Source of the DNA: Octopus sinensis
Taxonomy: Eukaryota
Length of the DNA stretch: 64,000 bases
Reading direction: 5' to 3'
NCBI RefSeq assembly: GCF_006345805.1
Contig: NC_043014.1
Span: 29,946,001 to 30,010,000, forward strand
Shown: piece by piece, positions 49,683-62,328 of the stretch
Layout of the letters: each line of letters starts with the position of its first letter
How positions within the stretch are numbered: position 1 is the stretch's first letter
Notes under the pieces: model-generated
Database searches by the model: none
Seen by the model: the letters and a program-made list of their open reading frames with translations, nothing else
What the model was told of the DNA's origin: nothing
Program-made: the position numbers and the translations under genes

Positions 49683-52116
49683 GCACAACAGCTTCCACAA
49701 GGACATGTGTTACATCAAAAATTCTTGGTTGGGGATGCAAATCCTCTCATTCACGTACGACATAATGCGGCAGCAGCATAGAATTGAAGCGTCCATCTCT
49801 TTCTTCTCTCAATGTAGAATGAGGAAAATTGGATGTTGAGGTAATGTAAATAAATAAATACATATATAGAGGTGAAGATGGAGGGGCGAGAGTTCGGGAC
49901 GAGGGATAAAAAATGTATAAAAAGTGTAAGTATAGAATAATATAAAAATGTAGAGGATAAAGATATAAAGAGTTGTAAGGAGATGTAAAGGGGGTATAAA
50001 GAAATATAAATAAATGTAAAGGCATAAGGTTATAAAGTAAAAATAGAAATAGAAATAAAAGTAAAAAAACCTGATAAAAGCATGATAAAAGTGTAAAAGA
50101 ATGTAAAGATAAGGGATGTATAGAGGTTACAGACCAAGCATGGTGGTCAGGAGATTGATAAAATTTAGTTGTAGAATTGTCAGTAAATCAACAGTTTCGT
50201 CTGGGGACCTAATGCGTTGTAAATCAGAGCTGATGAGCATTTAATCTGGTTCCTTGAATTAAATGGACTTCTAGTACATACATATCATCATGGATACATA
50301 CACCCACATACACGCGTACACATACGCCTCCAAGCCTATAAGCATACACACGCACTCGCGTGTAAACACGTACATAAACACACACGCACCCACACGCACG
50401 CGCGTACACACACATACATACAACAGAATATCCGCATGTATACGCGGACATTATACGCGTACACACTCACATGTATATACGCGCGCCCATCACTACATAC
50501 ACACACGTAATGCCCACGCCTCTAGGTCTAGGTATAAGATATTAAAGGATGTGTATAAGAACGTATTTAAAGAATCCCGTACTCATGTCTATACGTGCAC
50601 GCACACACGGCTGTGTGTCCGTATGTGCGTGCACATATACACTCATATACAAACACAGAGACAGAGACACATGCGCACATGGGTATAGCTATAAGATATC
50701 GAAGTATGCATGTACATATATGCGTGTGCATATGTATGTATGCGTATACACACGTACGCGGACGCTCGTATAGTCAATAAGTGGATCCATAGGTAAGTAA
50801 ATAAACATATATAGAGGTTTAAAGCGATAAGTTATGGGTAAGAATGAGGGTAAGGGTAAAGATTAGAAATAAAAAATACAGTATAAAATAAGAAATACAA
50901 TGTAATAGTTAGAAATGAAATATAAGAATTATAAAAATTATAAGAGTTAAGGTAAGGGATGAAAATAAAAATGAGAATAAATGGAAGTAGAATAAAAGCA
51001 AAAATAAAATTAAAAATAAAGATAAATGGAAGTAGGATAAAAGTAAAAATAAAAGTAAAAAAAAAAATAAAAATAACATAAAATAAGATAAAAATATAAT
51101 TTGGTAAAGTTTAACATGAGAGATGAAGTTGGTTGAAAGTTAGAGGTGTGTGTTAAACGTAGGGGCGGGCGGGGGAACTGAAAATGGGAAGGGTGGGAAG
51201 TGGAAGTTGAGTTTGGCGGTGTGCGTTCGACATCCGAGTTAGAAATGTGAAAGGGTATAGATATAGGGAATTAAAGAGACTACATAGGGAGGATATGGGT
51301 GTAGGAGAAGAAATATTTAGGGAAAAGAAGTCATATATGGGAGACAAAATTTGTATATATAGGAGGAAAATGCAGGGAACCGTATATGCACATACACACA
51401 CCCACACACACACACACACACTCACCTGTACATATATGTATATATGTACACATACGTACACGTATGTGCACATACATACGCACACACACACACACATATA
51501 CACGCACATATAAGAAATCGGGATGTGCTGGAGCCGACAGGTTGCACCGGGTGGGAGGAAATTGCATGTGCAATATATATAATTCCCTATATCTATACCC
51601 TTTCACATTTCTAACTCTGATGTGCAAAGATCTAATGCAGCTAGTATACTACGTCCACTAAGAATTAAAATCACAGCTAGAACTTAACTGTCAATTCCCA
51701 GTGGTTTTTAATTCTCAGTGGACATAGTATACTAGTTGCATTAGATCTTTTGATGATGATAAGGAGATAGATAAATGCAGCTATATTACCATCTCATGAC
51801 CCCTATTGTTATTCGCTTCTGCCACTCCAAATTGTAGTTGAAGTATTTTCTCCTTACGTCCATTATGCTACAATTATAGCAACAGGCATGTGATTCTTTT
51901 ATTCTCTAGTTCTGATGAAAAATTTGCTAAAAAAATTATAATGGAGTGTCCTGTATGTCAAAAACTTATATGGTCTTACACATCCAAGGAAGGTGGTGTA
52001 TTTCAAATTGATGCAATGCTTGCATTGATCGATTAAATGGAGCCACCTGAAACGGCCATAATGCACTAATACCTTGACATCCTTGTTACTTATTTGTGTT
52101 TTATATTATAATATAT

Positions 52117-52169
<53 letters not shown>

Positions 52170-52246
52170 ATGTATGTATGTATATATATATATATATATA
52201 CACATAAATTGATCAAAATAAATAAAAACATGATGCGAAGGATTCA

Positions 52247-52324
52247 GCGGTACATATGTTTCGGGCCTTTATTAGACAGATTTATAACAATGCATAATGT
52301 ATGTCTGTGGTCTTCTTCAGCCAC
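52247..52324 (-). ncRNA. Minimal type I hammerhead ribozyme, copy 2 (one stem I G-U wobble, one stem II mismatch)
   Basis: GTGG-CTGAAGA-aGACC...GGCCc-GAAA-CATATG-TA-CCGC. Confidence 0.62.
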
Positions 52325-55300
52325 GCACAACAGCTTCCACAAGGACATGTGTTACATCAAAAATTCTTGGTTGGAGATGCAAATCCTCTCATTCACGTAC
52401 GACATAATGCGGCAGCAGCATAGAATTGAAGCGTCCATCTCTTTCTTCTCTCAATGTAGAATGAGGAATATTGGATGTTGAGGTAATGTAAATAAATAAA
52501 TACATATATAGAGGTGAAGATGGAGGGGCGAGAGTTCGGGACGAGGGATAAAAATGTATAAAAAGTGTAAGTATAGAATAATATAAATGTAGAGGATAAA
52601 GATATAAAGAGTTGTAAGGAGATGTAAAGGGGGTATAAAGAAATATAAAGAAATATAAATAAATATAAAGGCATAAGGTTATAAAGTAAAAATAGAAATA
52701 GAAATAAAGTAAAAAAACCTGATAAAAGCATGATAAAAGTGTAAAAGAATGTAAAGATAAGGGATGTATAGAGGTACAGACCAAGCATGGTGGTCAGGAG
52801 ATTGATAAATTTTTTGTAGAATTGTCAGTAAATCAACAGTTTCGTCTGGGGACCTAATGCGTTGTAAATCAGAGCTGATGAGCATTTAATCTGGTTCCTT
52901 GAATTAAATGGACTTCTAGTACATACATATCATCATGGATACATACACCCACATACACGCGTACACATACGCCTCCAGCCTATAAGCATACACACGCACT
53001 CGCGTGTAAACACGTACATAAACACACACGCACCCACACGCACGCGCGTACACACACATACATACAACAGAATATCCGCATGTATACGCGGACATTATAC
53101 GCTGTACACACTCACATGTATATACGCGCGCCCATCACTACATACACACACGTATATGCCCACGCCTCTAGGTCTAGGTATAAGATATTAAAGGATGTGT
53201 ATAAGAACGTATTTAAAGAATCCCGTACTCATGTCTATACGTGCACGCACACACGGCTGTGTGTCCGTATGTGCGTGCACATATACACTCATATACACAC
53301 ACAGAGACAGAGACACACGCGCACATGGGTATAGCTATAAGATATCGAAGTATGCATGTACATATATGCGTGTGCATATGTATGTATGCGTATACACACG
53401 TACGCGGACGCTCGTATAGTCAAAAAGTGGATCCATAGGTAAGTAAATAAACATATATAGAGGTGTAAAGCGATAAGTTATGGGTAAGAATGAGGGTAAG
53501 GGTAAAGATTAGAAATAAAAAATACAGTATAAAATAAGAAATACAATGTATAGTTAGAAATGAAATATAGAATTATAAAAATTATAAGAGTTAAGTAAGG
53601 GATGAAAAAAAAATGAGAATAAATGGAAGTAGAATAAAAGTAAAAATAAAATTAAAAATAAAGATAAATGGAAGTAGGATAAAGTAAAAATAAAAGTAAA
53701 AATAAAAATAAAAAATACATAAATAAGATAAAAATATATTTGGTAAAGTTTAACATGAGATGAAGTTGGTTGAAAGTTAGAGGTGTGTGTTAAACGTAGG
53801 GGCGGGGGGGGGGGAACTGAAAATTGGAAGGGTGGGAAGTGGAGTTTGGCGGTGTGCGTTCGACATCCGAGTTAGAAATGTGAAAGGGTATAGATATAGG
53901 GAATTAAAGAGACTACATAGGGAGGATATGGGTGTAGGAGAAAAATATTTAGGGAAAAGAAGTCATATATGGGAGACAAAATTTGTATATATAGGAGGAA
54001 AATGCAGGGACCGTATATGCACATACACACACCCACCACACACACACACATTCACATGTACATATATGTATATATGTACACATACGTACACGTATGTGCA
54101 CATACATACGCACACACACACACATACACATATACACGCACATATAGGAAATCGGGATGTGCTGGAGCCGACAGGTTGCACCGGGTGGGGAAATTGCACG
54201 TGCAATTCCTCCCACCCGGTGCAACCTGTCGGCTCCAGCACATCCCGATTTCCTATATGTGCGTGTATATGTGTATGTGTGTGTGTGTGGCGTATGTATG
54301 TGCACATACGTGTACGTATGTGTACATATATACATATATGTACATGTGAATGTGTGTGTGTGTGTGTGGGTGTGTGTATGTGCATATACGGTTCCCTGCA
54401 TTTTCCTCCTATATATACAAATTTTGTCTCCCATATATGACTTCTTTTCCCTAAATATTTCTTCTCCTACACCCATATCCTCCCTATGTAGTCTCTTTAA
54501 TTCCCTATATCTATACCCTTTCACATTTCTAACTCGGATGTCGAACGCACACCGCCAAACTCCACTTCCCACCCTTCCAATTTTCAGTTCCCCCCGCCCG
54601 CCCCTACGTTTAACACACACCTCTAACTTTCAACCAACTTCATCTCATGTTAAACTTTACCAAATTATATTTTTATCTTATTTTATGTTATTTTTATTTT
54701 TATTTTTAATTTTATTTTTACTTTTATTCTACTTCCATTTATTCTCATTTTTATTTTCATCCTTACCTTAACTCTTATAATTTTTATAATTCTTATATTT
54801 CATTTCTAACTATTACATTGTATTTCTTATTTTATACTGTATTTTTATTTCTAATCTTTACCCTTACCCTCTTCACCATAACTTATCGCTTTACACCTCT
54901 ATATATGTTTATTTACTTACCTATGGATCCACTTTTTGACTATACGAGCGTCCGCGTACGTGTGTATACGCATACATACATATGCACACGCATATATGTA
55001 CATGCATACTTCGATATCTTATAGCTATACCCATGTGCGCGTGTGTCTCTGTCTCTGTGTGTGTATATGAGTGTATATGTGCACGCACATACGGACACAC
55101 AGCCGTGTGTGCGTGCACGTATAGACATGAGTACGGGATTCTTAAATACGTTCTTATACACATCCTTTAATATCTTATACCTAGACCTAGAGGCGTGGGC
55201 ATATACGTGTGGTATGTAGTGATGGGCGCGCGTATATACATGTGAGTGTGTACGCGTATAATGTCCGCGTATACATGCGGATATTCTGTTGTATGTATGT

Positions 55301-56034
55301 GTGTGTACGCGCGTGCGTGTGGGTGCGTGTGTGTTTATGTACGTGTTTACACGCGAGTGCGTGTGTATGCTATAGGCTTGGAGGCGTATGTGTACGCATG
55401 TATGTGGGTGTATGTATCCATGATGATATGTATGTACTAGAAGTCCATTTAATTCAAGGAACCAGATTAAATGCTCATCAGCTCTGATTACAACGCATTA
55501 GGTCCCAGACGAAACTGTTGATTTACTGACAATTCTACAACTAAATTTTATCAATCTCCTGACCACCATGCTTGGTCTGTACCTCTATACATCCCTTATC
55601 TTTACATTCTTTTACACTTTTATCATGCTTTTATCAGGTTTTTTTACTTTTATTTCTATTTCTATTTTTACTTTATAACCTTATGCCTTTATATTTATTT
55701 ATATTTCTTTATATTTCTTTATACCCCCTTTACATCTCCTTACAACTCTTTATATCTTTATCCTCTACATTTTTATATTATTCTATACTTACACTTTTTA
55801 TACATTTTTTATCCCTCGTCCCGAACTCTCGCCCTCCATCTTCACCTCTATATATGTATTTATTTATTTACATTACCTCAACATCCAATTTTCCTCATTC
55901 TACATTGAGAGAAGAAAGAGATGGACGCTTCAATTCTATGCTGCTGCCGCATTATGTCGTACGTGAATGAGAGGATTTGCATCCCCAACCAAGAATTTTT
56001 GATGTAACACATGTCCTTGTGGAAGCTGTTGTGC

Positions 56035-56112
56035 GCGGCTGAAGAAGGCCACAGACATACATTATGCATTGTTATAAATCTGTCTAATAAAGGCCCGAAA
56101 CATATGTACCGC
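56035..56112 (+). ncRNA. Minimal type I hammerhead ribozyme, copy 3
   Basis: Stem I GCGG 56035-38 / CCGC 56109-12; CTGAAGA 56039-45; stem II GGCC/GGCC; GAAA 56097-100; C-ATAT-G; GTA cleavage triplet ending at 56108. Confidence 0.75.
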
Positions 56113-56959
56113 TGAATCCTTCGCATCATGTTTTTATTTTATTTTGATCAATTTACTCCAACACCTACACCACCAAACGGTATACACAGGTGCTTATAAT
56201 TATCAAGTACTCACCCCGAATTTCTATATATACACATATATATATAGACGTATAAGTGTTTAAGTATTTGAATTTTCAAATATGAAAATGTATTTATACT
56301 AGGAAAAACATTGCTCTCCAGACGCCCACTTCAAGGTGAGACAGAAGATAGCGTCAAATGCGTTGACAGCAGTTGGATCACATATATTTATTACTTGCCA
56401 GGTAACTTCATTAACGATTATACTATAGAATGCCTGCTATTTTTAACTATATTTTTTTCTCTCCATGAGCTACACCTTTGTAGCAATTAAGCCATTTCAT
56501 TTCTTTCAGCTGGTCAAGATGCCATGGGAAAGCATGAATTCAGTTGGACTTATTTTTTTTATTGTCATAGCCAAATCAATTACTTACTAATCATTATGAA
56601 TGATTATTTACTAATGAATCGATTATATGCAGAAATGATAAGTTATTAGTCTATATTATTAGTTGCTATATTTATTAGGCCAACATACTCTGAACCAGCT
56701 CATCAACAACTTCACAGCAGTTAAGACATTTAACTTCTCTCTATAACCAGTTATCAATATTTATGTACAATGCTGTTGATTGCTATTATCATTTATCATA
56801 AAATCGAAATTCTCAAAACAAGAGTGGTGTTGATATCGTAGTTATAGATTACTATAAAGAATTTTTTGTTTTTACTCAAACTGTTAGAAAATAATAATTA
56901 TGGAAAAACAAACAGTTATAAAAAATAGGAAACCTACTTGCTTTTTTGACTATGAACTG

Positions 56960-57380
56960 CAAATAGTTGGCCCCTAAAGAATTTGACTATAGAAGCAACT
57001 TCAGGTGCAAAACCAATAATTCATAATGTCTACCCAAAATACACAAAAGCAAAGCTATTAAGTGACGAAATACCATTTCCAGATAATTTGAAATTAAGAC
57101 CATATATCGCAAGCCTTATATGTGAAACACAAATGCTAAGTAATTTTTGGACATTATATTGGAGCATTATTTTTTTATTTGTTTCAGTCATTTGACTGCA
57201 GCCATGCTGGAGCACTGCCTTTAGTTGAGCAAATTGATCCCAGGACTTATTCTTTGCAAGCCTAGTATTTATTCTATCGGTATCTTTTGCCGAACCACTA
57301 AATTACAGGAACATAAACACACCAGCATTGGTTGTCAAGCGATATTGGGGGGACAAACACAGGCACACAAACATACATAT

Positions 57381-57414
<34 letters not shown>

Positions 57415-58420
57415 GAAGGGCTTCTTTCAGTTTCCATCTACCAAATCCACTCACAAGACTTTGGTCAGTCTGAGGTTATAGTAGAAGACACTTGCCCAAG
57501 GTGCCATGCACCTTGGGAACTATGTGGTTGGTAAGCAAGCTACTTACCACACAGCCACTCCTGCGCCTGTTACTTTAAAATTATACAAAATTCTTTAATC
57601 TTACCAAAAAGCAATGAGCCAAAATACAATTAATGATGCAGTAAATTTATATACTAATATTTTTCACAACTATGGAGTCAATGCGATTAAAGAAATGCTG
57701 AATATATACCAGTTTTAATTACCAGAATGCACTGAAAAGACTTTTTCAATGATGGGTTTCGATTCATATGGCAAAATTATTTCATACTCGATTAATCAAT
57801 ATATTAGCAAATATCAGAAGTGTCCATCAACATAGAGATAGGACACCACGAGAAGAAAATTTATGATGAATACTCACAAATAATTAGGAACATATTTTAC
57901 ACATATTAAAAAAAATAGAAAAAGCTGGAGTAGATATCTAGATTGCTCTTCCATTTTCATCGAAGGATAATCTTGTTAATCTTACAGAATTCAATAACCT
58001 TTTTAACAGCAAAAGCCATGATATTAAATAACCAATGGAATCCACTCAGGAGAAAATGGTGTTTTTAGACATTTTAATTATGAATACAAATGGGAAAATA
58101 CAGTCTCTTCGATACAAAGTACTGTAATCTTTTTACAACCTCCCATTCTAAAAATACAAGAACAAAAATTCAATTAAAATAAACAAAAATAAATTGTACA
58201 ATGTATTGAATCCAACTCAACGTAATCAAAGAATGAATTAAAAAGTATACTTGTTCAAACATCATTTCAAATTAGTCTAAATACAAATGGAATAGAAAGT
58301 GTAAACTGAATAGATAATCAAAATCTAAGGAGAGTAAAACTGAGAAAAAATGCTTTGCCATTTGTATTTTCATTTAACCGTACTCTCTGTTATTGCATAT
58401 TGACCAAGAATGTCTCAGAA
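56960..58420 (+). mobile_element. Penelope-like element RT remnant, split by a SINE
   Basis: DNLKLRPYIASLICETQMLSNF (cf. LRPIIAG..CET..LS.F), DAVNLYTNIFHNYGVNAI (cf. DV..LYTNIPH..G..AI), MESTQEKMVFLDILI (cf. ME.S...L.FLD.LI) and LPFVFSFN, in the expected order. Confidence 0.72.
57172..57567 (-). mobile_element. SINE family 1, full length
   Basis: Reverse complement starts GGCGCAGGAGTGGCTGTGTGGTAAG; internal (TA)n; standard tail. Confidence 0.88.
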
Positions 58421-58651
58421 CTAGACATTATGATAAACCAGATACGAAAAATATTTGTTTTATTAATATATCTTTGTGTATTTTTATGATCTTATCATGA
58501 ATTAGTCTATAATAACATGGGTCGGGAGTTAGTTGCTTCAACCACAAAAGTGCACCTATCCAAAATGCACTGATTATCGCTTGTGTTTGTATCACCATAC
58601 TATGAGGCTGTGTATTTTTTTTTATAGTTTTATGTACATGTACCTATCAAC

Positions 58652-59800
58652 ATGTCACCGGTGAAGAGAAAAATACAAAGGTGCAAATGAGTTTAATCTC
58701 AAAAGGAAAACGTAGAGATGATAATGAAAATACTTAACGGTGGAAGCTTTGCAGGTGTGAGCTGCAAGTTTGGTGCCAATGAATCTACTGTTCGTTTCAT
58801 TTGCAAATTACGTTAGGATTTCATGAAAGCATTCACAGACGCTGCCCCTAGATCAGGAAATTGAATCATCAGAGTGGATAAAGATGATTTTATTTAGCTC
58901 ATGCAAAAGCGAGTGTATATGTGGATGCAGGATTGTTGCAAGAAGTGGCTTCCTATGTCAATAAAATGTATCTAGAATTGTGTTGAGCAAATGTGTAAAA
59001 ACTTAGTCAAGCGTACTGATGTTGCTGATATGGATAAATATATTTTTCAAGATAGTACAGAAATTCATTGGAGAGAAAAATTGAGCCAGAAAAGTTGTTT
59101 CAGGTTAAGCAAGATCAGCAGATACCAAGGATGCTTGGTGTTCTCCTGAAGAATTTCGTAAAATGATGAACGATGGTGGATATTTAGGGTGCCAAGTTTT
59201 TAACTCAGATAAAACAACAATTTATTGGAAAAAGGTGCCAGAAAATTGCTACAAAGCTAAAGAGAAGGATGCCAGGCTTTAATGAGGCTCAAGACTGGGT
59301 TTCTCTACTGATCTATGGTAATGGTATTAGAGATTCTAAAGCTAAACCACTGTTTATAGACTATTCTACCTGATCTCGTCCCTTCATAAGCATTAGCATG
59401 TTAAATCTTTCTGTGCATTAGCATTCTAACAAAACAACACAAAATCGATAAATAAAAAGTAGTTTATAACCTACTTCCATGATGAAGTCAAAGACTATTT
59501 TGCCAGGAATATCACTTCATTGACAGAATTCTTATGCTAGACAATTATTCTGGTCACCCTACAAGCTTTAATGGCCTCCAAAATGAAATCATTGTGATTT
59601 GTCTACTACCTAACAACTCACTGTTGCAGCCAATAGACTAAGAAATGATGGCCACTTTTAAGCTTCTCTAGACATTGGTGGATGATGAGGAACTAACTGT
59701 TCAGCAATATTGGAAACGATTCAACATTCTTCACATTGTTCGCTTTATTGGCAAGGCTTGGCAAGCTTCATTAGGTTTGAAAAGGATCACATGACTTGAG
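58652..59800 (+). mobile_element. Tigger/pogo transposase remnant (CENP-B HTH + DDE_1)
   Basis: FGANESTVRFI, QVFNSDKT..WKKVP, PGF..AQDWVSLLI.GN, DNYSGHP and LLQPID, matching NESTVR, QVFNADETGL.WKK.P, PGFK..KDR.TLL..GN, DNA.GHP and LLQP.DQ. Confidence 0.8.
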
Positions 59801-60110
59801 TCCTGAACATGGCAAGAGCATTTCCTAGGGGTTTTCTTTTCAAGTGCTAGTGCAATAAAAGGACATTAAGAATGTGAAGGAAGCTCCTGATGGAGGAATT
59901 AAAAGACACAGCAGTCTTGGAATTTGTTGTATCCTCCATCTCCAATGTCGTGGTACCAGTGTAATGATGCAGCCGCAATAACAACGTAATGATCCAACAA
60001 TCTCTTCATGAACCAACAATTAATATTCCAATTGAACTAACCAGCTGACACCTTCCAACTTCACTGTGAACTCAACTCGAAATAACACACAAACTTCACT
60101 CTGACGGCTA

Positions 60111-60521
60111 CTCTCTTTACTCTTTTACTTGTTTCAGTCATTTCACTGTGGCGATGCTGGAGCACCGCCTTTAGTCGAGCAAATCGACCCCGGGATTTAT
60201 TCTTTGTAAGCCCAGTACTTATTCTATCGGTCTCTTTTGCCGACCCGCTAAGTGACAGCGATGTAAACTCACCAGCATCGGTTGTCAAGCAATGCTAGGG
60301 GGACAAACACAGACACAAACACATACACACACACATATATATATATATATATACATACATATACACGACGGGCTTCTTTCAGTTTCCGTCTACCAAATCC
60401 ACTCACAAGGCATTGGTCGGCCCGGGGCTATAGCAGAAGACACTTGCCCAAGATGCCACGCAGTGGGACTGAACCCGGAACCATGTGGTTGGTTAGCAAG
60501 CTACTTACCACACAGCCACTC
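60111..60521 (-). mobile_element. SINE family 1, full length
   Basis: Same head, body and tail as 2188 and 57172, in reverse. Confidence 0.88.
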
Positions 60522-60689
60522 ATGCTTGGTCCAGTCTATTTCTTGCAAGGGGGATCACGACTCTCATCACAACAGAATTATTTGATGTGGGACAAAATAA
60601 CATGTGTATAGATGATAATGATGATGACTGCTCAGAGTCTAGGTCAACATAAACATGCTGAACATAAAATAACAATAATAATTATCATT

Positions 60690-60896
60690 TCTATTATAGG
60701 CACAAGGCCTGAAATTTTGGAGGAGTATGTTAGTTGATTTCATTGACCCCAGTGCTTGACTGGTACTTATTTTATTGATCCGAAAAGATGATTAGCAATG
60801 TCGACCACGGCGGAATTTGAATTCAGAACATGAAGATGGACAAAATGCCGCTAAGCATTTCGCCCAGCATGTTAACGATTCTGCTAACATACTGCC

Positions 60897-60940
<44 letters not shown>

Positions 60941-61213
60941 CCTTTCTACTATAAGCACAAGGCCTGAAATTTTGGGTGAGGGTAGGGGGCCAGTCGATTA
61001 GATCGACTTAGTACACAACTTGTACTTAATTTATCGACCCCGAAAGGATGAAAAGCAAAGTCGACCTCAACGGAATTTGAACTCAGAACGTATGATCCGA
61101 AAAGATGATTAGCAATGTCGACCACGGCGGAATTTGAATTCAGAACATGAAGATGGACAAAATGCCGCTAAGCATTTCGCCCAGCATGTTAACGATTCTG
61201 CTAACATACTGCC

Positions 61214-61254
<41 letters not shown>

Positions 61255-61470
61255 CCTTTCTACTATAAGCACAAGGCCTGAAATTTTGGGTGAGGGTAGG
61301 GGGCCAGTCGATTAGATCGACTTAGTACACAACTTGTACTTAATTTATCGACCCCGAAAGGATGAAAAGCAAAGTCGACCTCAACGGAATTTGAACTCAG
61401 AACGTAAAGACACGAAATACCGCTATGCATTTCGCCCAGTATGCTAACGATTCTGCCAGCTTGCCACCTT
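60690..61470 (-). mobile_element. Head-to-tail SINE family 2 copies containing an exact 317-bp tandem duplication (60776-61092 / 61093-61406)
   Basis: TGATCCGAAAAGATGATTAGC at 60776 and 61093; the copies appear identical apart from (AAT)n length. Confidence 0.9.
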
Positions 61471-61598
61471 AATAATAATATCAGTTGACGGGAAAAGATC
61501 CATGGCATTGCACCTTACAAACAAATTTATAGGGAACAAGTATCTAGTAAGCAGTCCATGACAACTACTTCAGAAGTTTTTCTGATTCTCTTCATCAG

Positions 61599-61800
61599 CC
61601 CCTGTCCCAGCAGCATCTGCAGCACTCTCATCAGCACCGCAGCAAGTAGAACCAGTGCCGACTCTTCTGGAGTTATCATTGACAGGTCTTCTTCCTTTCA
61701 TGTCAGAAACAATGATAGTGACTTTCAGCCAGATGCTCCGGACACCCCTTCTCTAAGACCATCTTCAACAACTAGTGATAAGAAAGACAACACAAAATAT
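61599..61800 (+). CDS. Possible internal Ser/Thr-rich exon (PCPSSICST...FQPDAPDTPSLRPSSTTSDKKDNTKY)
   Basis: Acceptor TTTCTGATTCTCTTCATCAG at 61598, donor TAT|GTAGGT at 61801, open frame, GC higher than flanks. Could equally be a TE ORF remnant. Confidence 0.28.
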
Positions 61801-61904
61801 GTAGGTAACGATTCCATACTCGTGTAATTCCACCACACCACCTTAGACTACCCGTGTCCAGTGAATAAGGACTGCATGAGTAGGCCCATAATTGATATCT
61901 TTTA

Positions 61905-62328
61905 TCTTTCATTTGTTTCAGTCATTAGACTGTGGCTATTGGGGTACTACCTTGAGTTTTTAGTTGAACGAATCAAACCAAATACATTTTTAAAATCATG
62001 ATACTTATTCTATCGGCCTCTTTGGCTGAATCGCTAAATTATGGGTTGTCAAGCGGTGGTGGAAGAAAGGACAGACACAAAGACACACACACACACACGT
62101 ATGTATGTATGTTTGTATGTATGTATGTATGTATGTTTGTATGTATGTATGTATGCATGTATGTATGTGCATGCTCGATAGGCTTCTTTCAGTTTCCGTC
62201 TACCAAATCCACTCATAAAGCTTTGGTTGGCCTGAGGCTATGGTAGAAGACAATTGCCCAAGGTGCCCCGCGGTGGGACTGAACTTGGAACCATGTGGTT
62301 GGGAAGCAAACTTCTTACCATACAGCCA
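61905..62328 (-). mobile_element. SINE family 1 with internal (TATG)n
   Basis: CTTTCAGTTTCCGTCTACCAAATCCACTC...GGAACCATGTGGTTGGGAAGCAAAC body in reverse. Confidence 0.82.

Larger units (their letters stand above)
49012..54199. repeat. Tandem duplication, ~2.6-kb period (from 49012 and from 51626)
   Basis: AAAGATCTAATGCAGCTAG at 49012 and 51626; colinear through to GGAAATTGCA(T/C)GTGCAAT. Confidence 0.95.
52205..56155. repeat. Spacerless palindrome, arms 52205-54199 and 54200-56155
   Basis: Centre AATTGCAC|GTGCAATT. The outer ends TAAATTGATCAAAAT / ATTTTGATCAATTTA are reverse complements, and the arms are colinear throughout. Confidence 0.95.

Noticed and set aside
49588-56129. Repeated 60-220-aa ORFs in the triplicated unit as a gene family
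   Set aside because: Low-complexity CA/TG or GA-derived translations whose frames are not conserved between copies; no RT or GIY-YIG motif recognised.
52205-56155. Palindrome as a pure fold-back read artefact
   Set aside because: Not accepted outright because the arms differ by several transitions and have different outer flanks. It is not excluded without raw reads.
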